From Candidatus Sulfobium sp. (GTDB taxonomy: Bacteria; Nitrospirota; Thermodesulfovibrionia; Thermodesulfovibrionales; UBA6898): a stretch of 60,696 nt of DNA. Positions 8,352-17,636 of the stretch are shown here, in pieces. The notes under the pieces were generated by a model. It was not told the DNA's origin. It did not search any database and saw only the letters and a program-made list of their open reading frames with translations. The translations under genes and the position numbers were made by a program. The DNA lies in the NCBI GenBank assembly GCA_037380845.1, contig JARRRI010000001.1:1-60696 (forward strand), read 5' to 3'. The stretch's first letter is position 1. Every line of letters starts with the position of its first letter.

Positions 8352-10172
8352 TTATATTTTCCCGAGCCGTTGTGCCAGTGCGGTCGTCTCTTTGAGGAGG
8401 TCTTCCACTTCGTCAAGTCCGCTGTTCCAGAAGGCCTTGCCGGTTATATCGATGTCCAGCTTACGGAAAATGTTCCTGGGTGAGTCAGACAGACCGGCGG
8501 ACAGGAATTCCTTGACGTTTGTCACGAAGGCGGGCCCACTTTTCACCGCGTTCTGGAGGGACTTGGATATCAGCAGGCCTGAGGCGTAGGAATAGACATA
8601 AAAGAAGTAGCGTATGTGGCCCCAGTACACCCACCAGTTCCCGGAGCCCGGCGACTGCTCGACAGATTCTCCCATATAGGCCGCCATGTGTTTCTGAAAA
8701 AGAGCGCCTATTTCGTCCCGGGACAGGTAACCTTTCTGTCTGAAAGTTTCGTGGAGCTCCCGTTCGAACCGGTAGCATGCAACCTGCCTGAATATGGTTG
8801 AAACGTCGTCGTTCAGTTTCATCATCATGATTGCCAGTCTCTGTTCGTCGTCCGAGCCCCTCAGTATCTCCTGCAGGACAAAATCCTCGAAGAAGGTGCT
8901 TGCCACCTCGGCGGTCGATGTAGGCGTACCGAAATTCAGCGCGTTCTGTCTCCTTCTGATCAGCTCATTATTTATGCCGTGTCCGAGTTCGTGCGCCAGT
9001 GTCAGGACGTCGTGGAGCGTGTCGGTATGATTCAGAAGGACAAAAGTCGGCTGGGAGATGCAGTGGTGAACGCAAAAGGCTCCGCCGGCCTTTCCTTTGC
9101 GCGGATACACGTCAATCTGGCCCTTCTCTGCGAAAGATTCGAAAATATCCGCGAACTCCTTGTCCAGTCTTTTCAAGACCCTGTAAACGAGCCGCCGGCT
9201 CTCCGCATACGGATATTTATTGCCGACATTTCCGAACTCCGCGTTCCTTTCGTGATATTTCAGTTTCCGGACTCCCATCAGGCGCGCCTTCAAACCGTAA
9301 TATCGCGCCGATATGTCAAATCTCTCCGATACGGAATCGATGAGGCAATCGACAACCTCACTGTCTACGTCGTCGCTGATGTGGCGCGAGAGGTCAGGTC
9401 GTGAAAAGCGCCTGAGTTCATCGTCGACCTTCTTGTTGGCCAGGACCGAGTTGAGCTCCGCCTCCGCCACATCCGCATGTTTTTCCAGGATATCGTTGAA
9501 AGCCTTCGCGGCTGAGTCCCTGACTTTCTTCTTCCCGCTGTTCATAAGGCTCAATATGTCGGGGAAAGTCCTCATGTCCTTCCCCCCTTCATCGAGAAGC
9601 ACCTCCCTCTCTTCTCTGGCCAGAAAACCGGACGTCATCTTCACCCAGTTGGAATAGGAAGTCGTGGATTTGAGGTTAAGAATTCTCTCTTCGCGTTCCC
9701 CGAGGAGGTGCGCGGACTCGGCGAATATCCTGTCGATGAAATGCCTGTATCCCTCAAGGCCTGGGTAATCAAGAAATTTCTTCCGCAGCTTCCGTGGAAT
9801 TCCTGCGATGCCCAGGTAAAAGAACTGAATGTCGTTTTCTATCTTTCGGCTAAATTCTTCAATCTTGTTAAACCGTGCCTTCAGGTCGGGGGAATTCTGG
9901 TCCTGCTGAGTCCTGAGCCAGAAATAATAACCGGGGTTTCCGTCGGCGGCCCAGTCCCTCTTCCATTCCTCGTATTCATCCAGGGCCTGACCGAGAATCT
10001 CCGGATTCCTGAGATAATCTTTTCTCTTCTTCCATTTATTGATAAATTCGTAGCTCTTCCGCTCAACTTCGGCCATCTCCTCTTCTATCTTCGGATCACG
10101 GTCATTATCAAAGAGCAGTCCGAGGTTCCATTCCGCATGTCTCCTGCCTCGTCTCTTGTCACGTTGAAGCAT
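8352..10172 (-). CDS. pepF: Oligoendopeptidase F (peptidase M3B)
   Basis: TLAHELGH (HExxH), AEVASTFFE, GKAGGAFC, and HIRYFFYVYSYASG. Confidence 0.9.
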   Translation of the reverse strand: MLQRDKRRGRRHAEWNLGLLFDNDRDPKIEEEMAEVERKSYEFINKWKKRKDYLRNPEILGQALDEYEEWKRDWAADGNPGYYFWLRTQQDQNSPDLKARFNKIEEFSRKIENDIQFFYLGIAGIPRKLRKKFLDYPGLEGYRHFIDRIFAESAHLLGEREERILNLKSTTSYSNWVKMTSGFLAREEREVLLDEGGKDMRTFPDILSLMNSGKKKVRDSAAKAFNDILEKHADVAEAELNSVLANKKVDDELRRFSRPDLSRHISDDVDSEVVDCLIDSVSERFDISARYYGLKARLMGVRKLKYHERNAEFGNVGNKYPYAESRRLVYRVLKRLDKEFADIFESFAEKGQIDVYPRKGKAGGAFCVHHCISQPTFVLLNHTDTLHDVLTLAHELGHGINNELIRRRQNALNFGTPTSTAEVASTFFEDFVLQEILRGSDDEQRLAIMMMKLNDDVSTIFRQVACYRFERELHETFRQKGYLSRDEIGALFQKHMAAYMGESVEQSPGSGNWWVYWGHIRYFFYVYSYASGLLISKSLQNAVKSGPAFVTNVKEFLSAGLSDSPRNIFRKLDIDITGKAFWNSGLDEVEDLLKETTALAQRLGKI

Positions 10173-11367
10173 CTTGTCTCTCCTCCCTGTCAGCAGAGGG
10201 CGTTGGGCGTTGTGCGCCCTTCCTGCTGCCCTCGTAGAGTTCGTATTCGATCAGTCTGCATTCGATTTCTCCGTTGAAAAAAACCTTCCTCCTTGAGGAC
10301 CTCAGGCCTACCTTTTTTGCAAGGCCGAGGTTGCCGGTAAATATACATCCCCGGTACCCCCCGCACTTCTGTTTGAAGTAATCGCCTATCCCGTTGTAAA
10401 GAGCTCCAAGCTCCTTCATTCTGCCCATCCTGACGCCATATTCCGGATTCACTACTACAATGCCTCCGCCGGCTGGGACCTGGGTCGACGCATAATCACA
10501 AACACTGAACTCTATCAGATGCTCCACTCCCGCGGTAGCCGCGTTCCTTCGGGCAGCCTCGACAGCCTCCGGGCGAATGTCGGCGGCTATTATCCGCCCG
10601 GCCATCGATTTTTTTCCGCTTGTCCTGGCGGCCCGCCTCAGTCTCTCCCATGGTCCCGCATCGAACTCCCTCAGGTGCATGAAACTGTAATTACTCCTCA
10701 GTAACCCCGGCGCCCTCTTCAGGCCGATAAGGGCGGCCTCTATCGCGAGTGTTCCGCTGCCGCACATCGGGTTTATGAAGTTGCCCTCGCCGCTCCAACC
10801 GGCGGACATTACTACGGCCGCCGCGAGGGTCTCCTGCATGGGCGCTTCCATCGGGATCTTCCTGTATCCCCGACGGGAAAGCGGGAAACCCGAAGTATCC
10901 AGGTAAATAGCAGCTTTTTCCCCCCGCCAGTGGAGAAAAAACACAAGTCTCCCGCGGTCGGGGCCCGAATCCGGCCTCGATCCGGTTTTCGATCTCATCC
11001 GGTCAACTATGGCGTCCTTGCACTTCAGATTCACATAGCGCGAATCCCTCACAGAAGGGTTCGCTACGTTTGAGGTCACGCAGACGTATCCCGTCTCATC
11101 GATTATTTCCTCCCAGGCAACGTCCGATAACCCGCGGTAGAGCTCCTGCATGTCCGGCGCCTCAAACTCTGCGAGCAGAAAAAGGACGCGCTGGCCTGTA
11201 CGGAGATAAAGGTTGAGAAGCATGGCATCGTCCATGGTCCCCTCCGTGATCACCGCCGTTTCGGTCGCCGAAAGCACGGGAAGGCCCAGCGACACCATTT
11301 CTTTACCAAGAATGGGAGCGGTTCCCCTGGAACAGGTTATCAGTATTTATTTTCGTCCGGCTATCAT
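10159..11367 (-). CDS. THUMP-domain rRNA methyltransferase (RlmL-like); in-frame TAA at codon 7 may truncate or inactivate it
   Basis: LYLRTGQRV, LSRRGYR, APMQETLAAA, NPMCGSGT and NPEYG motifs. The upstream in-frame segment MIAGRK*ILITCSRG... contains TAA at 11347-11349; the open ORF begins at 11298. Confidence 0.8.
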
Positions 11368-11488
11368 TTTTTTGACATCTCAGAGGCGCTCACGGTAACG
11401 TATTCTAAGACTCGAAGCGTTAGCAATTAGAGAGTGCATCGTCTATAATAAAACGTTGCGAAAAATTTCGAAACTATAAGGAGATGAA

Positions 11489-12238
11489 ATGAGAAAGTTT
11501 TTGGTATTGTCGACAATATTTTTTGTCATAGGCTTTTTTGCGGTACATGAAATATATGCCGGGTCCGAAAAAAAGCCGGCCCAGTCGCAATCTTCATCCG
11601 TATCGAAAAAGGCCGGCGGGGTATCCACGCTCTCAGGCAAGGTCGTCGAGACCATGAACAGCGGCGGCTACACCTATGTGCTTCTCGAAAGAGGCGGCAA
11701 TAAGACCTGGGTCGCCTTCCCGAAGGCAAAAGTGGTCAAGGGGCAGACGATCCACCTGAGGCCCGGCATTGAAATGGGACAGTTTGAAAGTAAAACACTG
11801 AATCGAAAATTTGACAAAATAATTTTTTCTGCGGGTCTGGCAAGTCCGGAACCCTCCGGGGCAATGAAGTCTCCCGGCAGCAAGGGTAGTGTAGTCGCTC
11901 CCATGAAGAAAATAGAGGTCGGGAAGGCCAAAGGGGCCGACGCATACACGATAGCGGAGATTTATAAAAAGCTCGGCAGCCTTGACAAGCACAAGGTTGT
12001 CGTCAGAGGCAAGGTTGTCAAGGTGTCGTCCGGCATCATGAGGAGAAACTGGATACATCTGCAGGACGGCAGCGGCAGCGCCGCGCAAGGCAATTATGAA
12101 CTTGTTGTGACATCCCGGGATCTCCCCAAACGGGGTGAGGTAGTTACAGTGTCCGGCACGCTCCACAAGGACAAGGATTTCGGGATGGGCTACAAGTATA
12201 AGGCAATCATCGAGAATGCTTCCATAAAGAAGCAGTAA
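11489..12238 (+). CDS. Exported protein with two OB-fold-like domains, function unknown
   Basis: SD GGAG, signal peptide, GKVVETMNSGGYTY and VVVRGKVVK...NWIHLQDG...DKDFG.GY.Y. Confidence 0.7.
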   Translation: MRKFLVLSTIFFVIGFFAVHEIYAGSEKKPAQSQSSSVSKKAGGVSTLSGKVVETMNSGGYTYVLLERGGNKTWVAFPKAKVVKGQTIHLRPGIEMGQFESKTLNRKFDKIIFSAGLASPEPSGAMKSPGSKGSVVAPMKKIEVGKAKGADAYTIAEIYKKLGSLDKHKVVVRGKVVKVSSGIMRRNWIHLQDGSGSAAQGNYELVVTSRDLPKRGEVVTVSGTLHKDKDFGMGYKYKAIIENASIKKQ

Positions 12239-12283
12239 CATCCTCTGCCGGAAGACGGCAGATATCCGGCTTCAGCAATTTCC

Positions 12284-12326
12284 TCCCTTTTCCGGATGGG
12301 GCTGCTGTCCGGGAAAGGGATTTTTT
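12284..12326 (+). terminator. Intrinsic terminator
   Basis: TCCCTTTTCCGGA...TCCGGGAAAGGGA followed by TTTTTT. Confidence 0.6.
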
Positions 12327-12508
12327 CCGTCGCCGTTCAATTCAACTCTCGGGACCGGCCGCCTGGTCAGGACAAACTTCGGCCACGGCCCCGAATTAGA
12401 CAAATTTCAGGGGATGTATAACTGTGGGATTGAGATATCTCTTGAAGTCGATGCGATTTTGTGAAATCATAAGATTGTCGATAGCATTTCGGATGGAGGC
12501 ATAATGTC

Positions 12509-13207
12509 ATGAGGAAATTCTTTGGTATCACCGTCGTTTTTGCAGTATTGCTAACCATTGTCCTGCCGCCGAAGGCCCGTGCCGAGAGGAAAGAGCTGGC
12601 CAAGATCGAAGACGCCACGGCGGTTCTGCAACAGATCGTATCAATACCCGAGAAGAATATCCCCCCTGCGCTGCTTCGTAATGCCGGCGGCATAGCGATC
12701 ATCCCCGGAGTTATCAAGGCCGGTTTCATACTCGGAGGCCGCTACGGAACGGGTGTCCTGATGGTGCGCAATCAGGAGGGCGAGTGGAGCTATCCTTCCT
12801 TCATTTCGCTGACAGGCGGGAGCATCGGGTGGCAGGTGGGGGTCGAGTCAATCGACATCATACTCGTCTTCAAACACAGGAAGAGTATCGACAGGATAGT
12901 GCACGGCAAGTTTACATTGGGCGCCGACGCAAGCGTCGCCGCGGGACCGGTCGGCAGACAGGCATCCGCCGCCACCGACGTGCAGCTAAAGTCCGAGATC
13001 TATTCCTATTCCCGCAGCAGGGGGCTATTCGCCGGCCTGGCTCTCGAGGGGGCGGCCCTGCAGATCGATGAAGAAGACAACGAAGCATTATACGGAAGCA
13101 GGGGCCGCGATGCCCGGAATATTCTCAACGATCTGGTTACTACGGAACATCCGGAAGTCCGGAAGCTGAGGACGACTTTAAAGAAATACACTTCGAAGAA
13201 GAAGTGA
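12509..13207 (+). CDS. Lipid-binding SYLF (Ysc84) domain protein
   Basis: Signal peptide, KAGFILGGRYGTG, GGSIGWQVG, ASVAAGPVGR and YSYSRSRGLFAG. Confidence 0.9.
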   Translation: MRKFFGITVVFAVLLTIVLPPKARAERKELAKIEDATAVLQQIVSIPEKNIPPALLRNAGGIAIIPGVIKAGFILGGRYGTGVLMVRNQEGEWSYPSFISLTGGSIGWQVGVESIDIILVFKHRKSIDRIVHGKFTLGADASVAAGPVGRQASAATDVQLKSEIYSYSRSRGLFAGLALEGAALQIDEEDNEALYGSRGRDARNILNDLVTTEHPEVRKLRTTLKKYTSKKK

Positions 13208-13215
13208 GATCACAC

Positions 13216-13908
13216 TCACACGGCTTCATTCGTCTCCCATTTTCCGGGCGGGAACTGCCCTTTCAGGGCGCGCCCGAGCATGCCGGCAAACGTCTTCCGC
13301 GAAACTTCCCTCGCGCCCATACTGACCAGGTGACCGGTCACAACCTGACAGTCGATGAACGAGCCCTCCCGGCATTTCAGCCGCTCGGCAAGTTTGACCA
13401 GAGCGACCTTGGAAGCGTCGCTTCGCCTTGCGAACATTGATTCGCCGAAGAAGGCAGAGCCGAGCGACACACCGTAAAGTCCTCCCGCCAGTTCATCTCC
13501 GTACCAGCTTTCTACCGAATGGGCAAAACCGTCCCGATGGAGACGGCAGTAAGCCTCTATCATGTCATCTGTAATCCAGGTGCCGCTGTCATTCGGCCGG
13601 GAGGCGCAGGCACAGCTCCTCATGACCTCTTCAAACGCTGTGTCCGAAGTCACCCGGTAAGTACCCTTCCTGATGGTCTGGCGCAGGCTCCTCGACACCT
13701 TCACTTCCGAAGGCATCAGGACCAGTCTGGGGTCGGGCGACCACCAGAGAACAGGCATGCCATCGGAATACCAGGGGAAGATACCGAGGGAATAGGCAAG
13801 CAGGAGACGCCCTTCGCTGAGGTCTCCTCCCACGGCGAGAAGACCGTCTTCATCGGCCAGATCGGGCGAAGGGAAAACTATTTCGTCAGTCAGCCTGAAT
13901 ACAGGCAC
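13216..13908 (-). CDS. aat: Leucyl/phenylalanyl-tRNA--protein transferase
   Basis: GLLAVGGDLS, GIFPWY, WWSPDPR, FFGESMF and ASKVA; follows clpA. Confidence 0.96.
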   Translation of the reverse strand: MPVFRLTDEIVFPSPDLADEDGLLAVGGDLSEGRLLLAYSLGIFPWYSDGMPVLWWSPDPRLVLMPSEVKVSRSLRQTIRKGTYRVTSDTAFEEVMRSCACASRPNDSGTWITDDMIEAYCRLHRDGFAHSVESWYGDELAGGLYGVSLGSAFFGESMFARRSDASKVALVKLAERLKCREGSFIDCQVVTGHLVSMGAREVSRKTFAGMLGRALKGQFPPGKWETNEAV

Positions 13909-13935
13909 AGAAGGACTCCGCGGGAAAGGCGGTCT

Positions 13936-16179
13936 TCACTTGTATCTGAAGCTCAGTTTCCCGCCCTTGAAGCCGATACTGACCGTCCCGCCATTTTTAA
14001 GCCGGCCGAAGAGCAGTTCGTCCGAAATCACGTCCTTGATGTCCGTCTGCAAAACCCTGGAGAGAGGCCTCGCACCGTAAAGAGGATCGTAACCTTTTGA
14101 CGCAAGCCAGTCCAACGCACCGTCGGAGATTACCAGCCGCACCCTCTTCCCGGCCAGTTGACCTGAAAGCTCCCCGATAAACTTGCCGACGATCTGTTTC
14201 ATAGTGTCCGCAGTCAGCGGAGAGAAGGAAATCGTGGCGTCCAGACGGTTCCTGAACTCGGGGTTGAAAAGTCTGTTGACGGCATCGGCTCCTTTCGACC
14301 TGTTGTCCCGGCTCCTGTCCCCGAACCCGATCACGCTCCTGTCCATCTCTTTTGCGCCGGCATTGGACGTCATAATCAGGATCACATTTCTGAAGTCGGC
14401 TTTCTTGCCCGTGTTGTCGGTGAGAGTCGCGTAATCCATTACCTGAAGCAGGATACTGAATATATCGGGATGGGCCTTCTCGATCTCATCCAGAAGGAGC
14501 ACGCTGTAAGGATGTTTCCGTATGGCGTCGGTCAACAATCCACCCTGGTCAAACCCGACATAGCCCGGGGGGGCTCCTATCAGGCGGGCGACGGTATGCT
14601 TCTCCATATACTCGCTCATGTCAAACCTGATGAATTTTACGCCCAGGACAGAGGCCGTCTGTTTCGATACCTCCGTCTTGCCAACCCCGGTCGGTCCGGT
14701 AAAGAGAAAAGAGCCTATCGGTCTGTCGGCCGAGCCCAGTCCGGAACGCGCCCTCTTGATGGCGGAGACGAGCGAATGTATGGCCCCTTTCTGCCCGAAC
14801 ACCATCCTGGCAAGCTCACCCTCGAGGTTCCGGAGTTTTTCGACGTCGGATGTCGAGACGGTCCTGGAAGGGACCCTGGCTATGTCGGCCACAACTTTTT
14901 CGATCTCCCTGACTCCAACGCTTTTTCTGGAGCGTGAAGAGAGTTTCAGGACCGCAGCCGCCTCATCGATGACGTCTATCGCTTTGTCGGGAAGATATTT
15001 ATCGTTAATGTATTTCGCCGACAGTTCGGCCGCAGACTTCAGCGCCTCCCTGGTAAAGGAAACCCCGTGGAAATCCTCATAATACGTCTTCAATCCGTTG
15101 AGTATCCGGACCGTTTCGCCGACGCTCGGCTCCTGTATCTCGATCTTCTGAAACCGCCTGGACAACGCCCTGTCTTTTTCAAAATAATTCCTGTATTCTT
15201 CATGGGTGCTCGCACCTATGCAACGGAGTCTTCCGGTATTCAGCACAGGCTTCAATATATTCGAGGCATCCATGGACCCGCCGCTCGTGGCCCCTGCTCC
15301 AACCACCGTGTGGATCTCATCGATAAAAAGGATGGCGCCCGGCATCTTTTCCAGGGCGGTGATAGTCGACTTAAGGCGGGCCTCGAAATCGCCGCGGTAT
15401 TTCGTGCCGGCCAGGACCGCTCCCATATCGAGCGCATATATCTTCGACTTCGCCAGTGCAGCCGGCACCGCACGATGACGGATGCTCAAGGCCAGGCCTT
15501 CCACGATGGCGGTTTTTCCCACCCCCGGTTCGCCCACGAATATAACGTTATTCTTCCGCCTCCTCGACAAGACCTGCACCGTCCGCTCAAGCTCCGGCCG
15601 GCGGCCGACCAGGGGGTCTATGTCACCCTGTGCCGCCCTTTCCGTAAGGTCCACAGTAAAACTCTTCAACGGGTCCCTGGCCGGTCTTTGCTCAACCTCC
15701 TGCTGGGTCCCCTCTTCATCGTCGCTTTCCTCGCCGCCTTCGGATGACAACCGCGCCGCGCCGTGTGATATGAAATTCAGCACATCGATGCGTTCGATCC
15801 CCTCCGATTTCAGAAAATAGACTGCCTGGGAATCCTTCTCCAGGAATATGGACGCCAGTATGTCGCCGGCGTCTGCCTCCGCTTTTTCCGCCGAACTGGT
15901 GTGAAGGAGCGCCCTCTGAAAAACCTTCTGGAATGCCAGTGTCGGCTGCGGATAGGCGTCGGACCCTTCCTCCGCCCTGGACACGTGCTCCCTGAAATAA
16001 AATTCTATCTCCGCTTTGAGCTTCGGCACCTCGCCGCCGCAGGCCGTAATGATACTGATGCCCAGCTCGTCGTGCAGCACGGCGAACAGGATATGCTCCA
16101 CTGTCAGGTATTCATGTCTCCTGGCCTTTGCGTCCCGTATTATGGCCTCTATGGTAAGTTCAAATTCCTTGTTTATCAT
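13936..16179 (-). CDS. clpA: ATP-dependent Clp protease ATP-binding subunit ClpA
   Basis: Two AAA+ modules ([16 protein letters not shown]), RHEYLTVEH N-domain, no ClpB middle domain. ATG 16179 overlaps the clpS stop. Confidence 0.96.
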   Translation of the reverse strand: MINKEFELTIEAIIRDAKARRHEYLTVEHILFAVLHDELGISIITACGGEVPKLKAEIEFYFREHVSRAEEGSDAYPQPTLAFQKVFQRALLHTSSAEKAEADAGDILASIFLEKDSQAVYFLKSEGIERIDVLNFISHGAARLSSEGGEESDDEEGTQQEVEQRPARDPLKSFTVDLTERAAQGDIDPLVGRRPELERTVQVLSRRRKNNVIFVGEPGVGKTAIVEGLALSIRHRAVPAALAKSKIYALDMGAVLAGTKYRGDFEARLKSTITALEKMPGAILFIDEIHTVVGAGATSGGSMDASNILKPVLNTGRLRCIGASTHEEYRNYFEKDRALSRRFQKIEIQEPSVGETVRILNGLKTYYEDFHGVSFTREALKSAAELSAKYINDKYLPDKAIDVIDEAAAVLKLSSRSRKSVGVREIEKVVADIARVPSRTVSTSDVEKLRNLEGELARMVFGQKGAIHSLVSAIKRARSGLGSADRPIGSFLFTGPTGVGKTEVSKQTASVLGVKFIRFDMSEYMEKHTVARLIGAPPGYVGFDQGGLLTDAIRKHPYSVLLLDEIEKAHPDIFSILLQVMDYATLTDNTGKKADFRNVILIMTSNAGAKEMDRSVIGFGDRSRDNRSKGADAVNRLFNPEFRNRLDATISFSPLTADTMKQIVGKFIGELSGQLAGKRVRLVISDGALDWLASKGYDPLYGARPLSRVLQTDIKDVISDELLFGRLKNGGTVSIGFKGGKLSFRYK

Positions 16180-16490
16180 TCCTTCTCCATTATGCACCTC
16201 AGGGGAAACTCATTCTCCCTGGCCAGTTCATGGACTGCCTGCACTTTGGTCTCGGCTATCTCCCTGGTGTACACGCCGGCCAGTCCCACTCCTTTTTTGT
16301 GTACGTGCAGCATCACCTGAGCGGCTTCGACAGGCGACTTTCCGAAGATCATTTCAAGTATGTACACGACAAAATCCATCGTCGTGTAGTCGTCGTTCAG
16401 AAGGAACACCCTGTAAAGAGACGGCTTTCTCGTCTTCCGCCTCTCCTCTGTCTCCAGCCCTTCTCCTGATTTCGGTCCGACCTTAGCCAT
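16176..16490 (-). CDS. clpS: Clp protease adaptor ClpS
   Basis: YRVFLLNDDYTTMDFVV, MLHVHKKG, EIAETK and FPLRC. Start at ATG 16490. Confidence 0.96.
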   Translation of the reverse strand: MAKVGPKSGEGLETEERRKTRKPSLYRVFLLNDDYTTMDFVVYILEMIFGKSPVEAAQVMLHVHKKGVGLAGVYTREIAETKVQAVHELARENEFPLRCIMEKE

Positions 16491-16587
16491 TGTCCCACCC
16501 GGGCCGTCCTCAACCGCACGTACCCTCAGCTGTATTTTAGCACATGGGGCCTTCCCGCTTTCCACGCTTCGGACGCAAACGGGCGTA

Positions 16588-16616
16588 TTGACATATGTGC
16601 GAAATATCTTTATTAT
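16588..16616 (+). promoter_or_regulatory. Sigma70-type promoter for the cytochrome-porin-MCP operon
   Basis: TTGACA-17 bp-TATTAT. Confidence 0.6.
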
Positions 16617-16643
16617 TCCTCATTAAAAAAATTGGGGGGAGAC

Positions 16644-17636
16644 ATGATCAGACCGCGTAACATCCTTTATATCGCCCTCGCAGCACTCTTCGTCATTTCC
16701 GGTTGTGCGTCGCTCAAAAGTTCCAAGCCCATTATACCCATGAAGGATTATGAGCGGATGATAGCCGGCAGACTCGACGCCAATTACGTAGGGACGCGAA
16801 ATTGCCTCTCGGCCTGCCATTATCATGACGCCATCAAGCGCAACTTTGACGCAAGCACAATGGGCGCCCAGTTGTCGAAGAAGTCCGGCCTGCCGCTCGT
16901 CAATTGCGAGTCCTGCCACGGTCCCGGAAGTCTCGCTATAGAGGGCATTACCCCTGAAAAGGTGGCCAGGGACGCGAAGAAGGGGAAGCAGACGGCCTGC
17001 AATTACAAGACCCTTATCGATATAAAAGCCCTCCCGGCCCAGGCAAGATCTCTCATATGTCTCAAGTGCCACACTGCAAACGCCACTTTCAACCTGCACA
17101 ACTGGAATGCGGGCATCCACGCGATAAATGACGTTGCCTGTGAAGACTGCCACAATATCCACGCCGGCCCCGATTTGAAGGTAAAGCCGAGGGACACCGA
17201 CAGGATGTGCGAGAAGTGCCACGAGGATGTTAAGGCGGAGTTTTCTCTTCCAAGCCATCATCCGGTTCCGGAAAAAAGGGTCTTCTGCACTGACTGCCAT
17301 GACCCCCACGGGACGATCGACGACGACCTTCTCAGAAAGCCGACGGTAAAGCAGACCTGCACCCAGTGTCACGGGGAGAAGGAAGGCCCTTTTGTATACG
17401 AACACGCCGAGAATACAGAGGACTGCAGGACATGTCATAGTCCCCACGGCTCCGTTAACAACAACCTGCTGAAAGTGAGACAGCCCTTCCTGTGCCTGCA
17501 GTGCCACCCAGGTCACGCGACTTCAAGTGCCGGCCTCATTTCAAAAGGGGCGTTCTATACCAGATGTACGGACTGTCATTCCCAGATACACGGGTCCGAC
17601 ATACCTTCCGCGAGCGGCAGGAGGTTCTTACAATGA
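16644..17636 (+). CDS. DmsE/MtrA-like decaheme c-type cytochrome, lipoprotein
   Basis: Nine CxxCH motifs plus one CxxxCH (CLSACH), lipobox ISGC, and DmsE-like LPSHHP, CTDCHDPHG, GPFVYEH and CTDCHSQIHGS. Confidence 0.9.
   Translation: MIRPRNILYIALAALFVISGCASLKSSKPIIPMKDYERMIAGRLDANYVGTRNCLSACHYHDAIKRNFDASTMGAQLSKKSGLPLVNCESCHGPGSLAIEGITPEKVARDAKKGKQTACNYKTLIDIKALPAQARSLICLKCHTANATFNLHNWNAGIHAINDVACEDCHNIHAGPDLKVKPRDTDRMCEKCHEDVKAEFSLPSHHPVPEKRVFCTDCHDPHGTIDDDLLRKPTVKQTCTQCHGEKEGPFVYEHAENTEDCRTCHSPHGSVNNNLLKVRQPFLCLQCHPGHATSSAGLISKGAFYTRCTDCHSQIHGSDIPSASGRRFLQ

Noticed and set aside
11347..11349. Sec/Pyl recoding in the THUMP methyltransferase
   Set aside because: The codon is TAA, which is not recoded, and it is not at a catalytic position.
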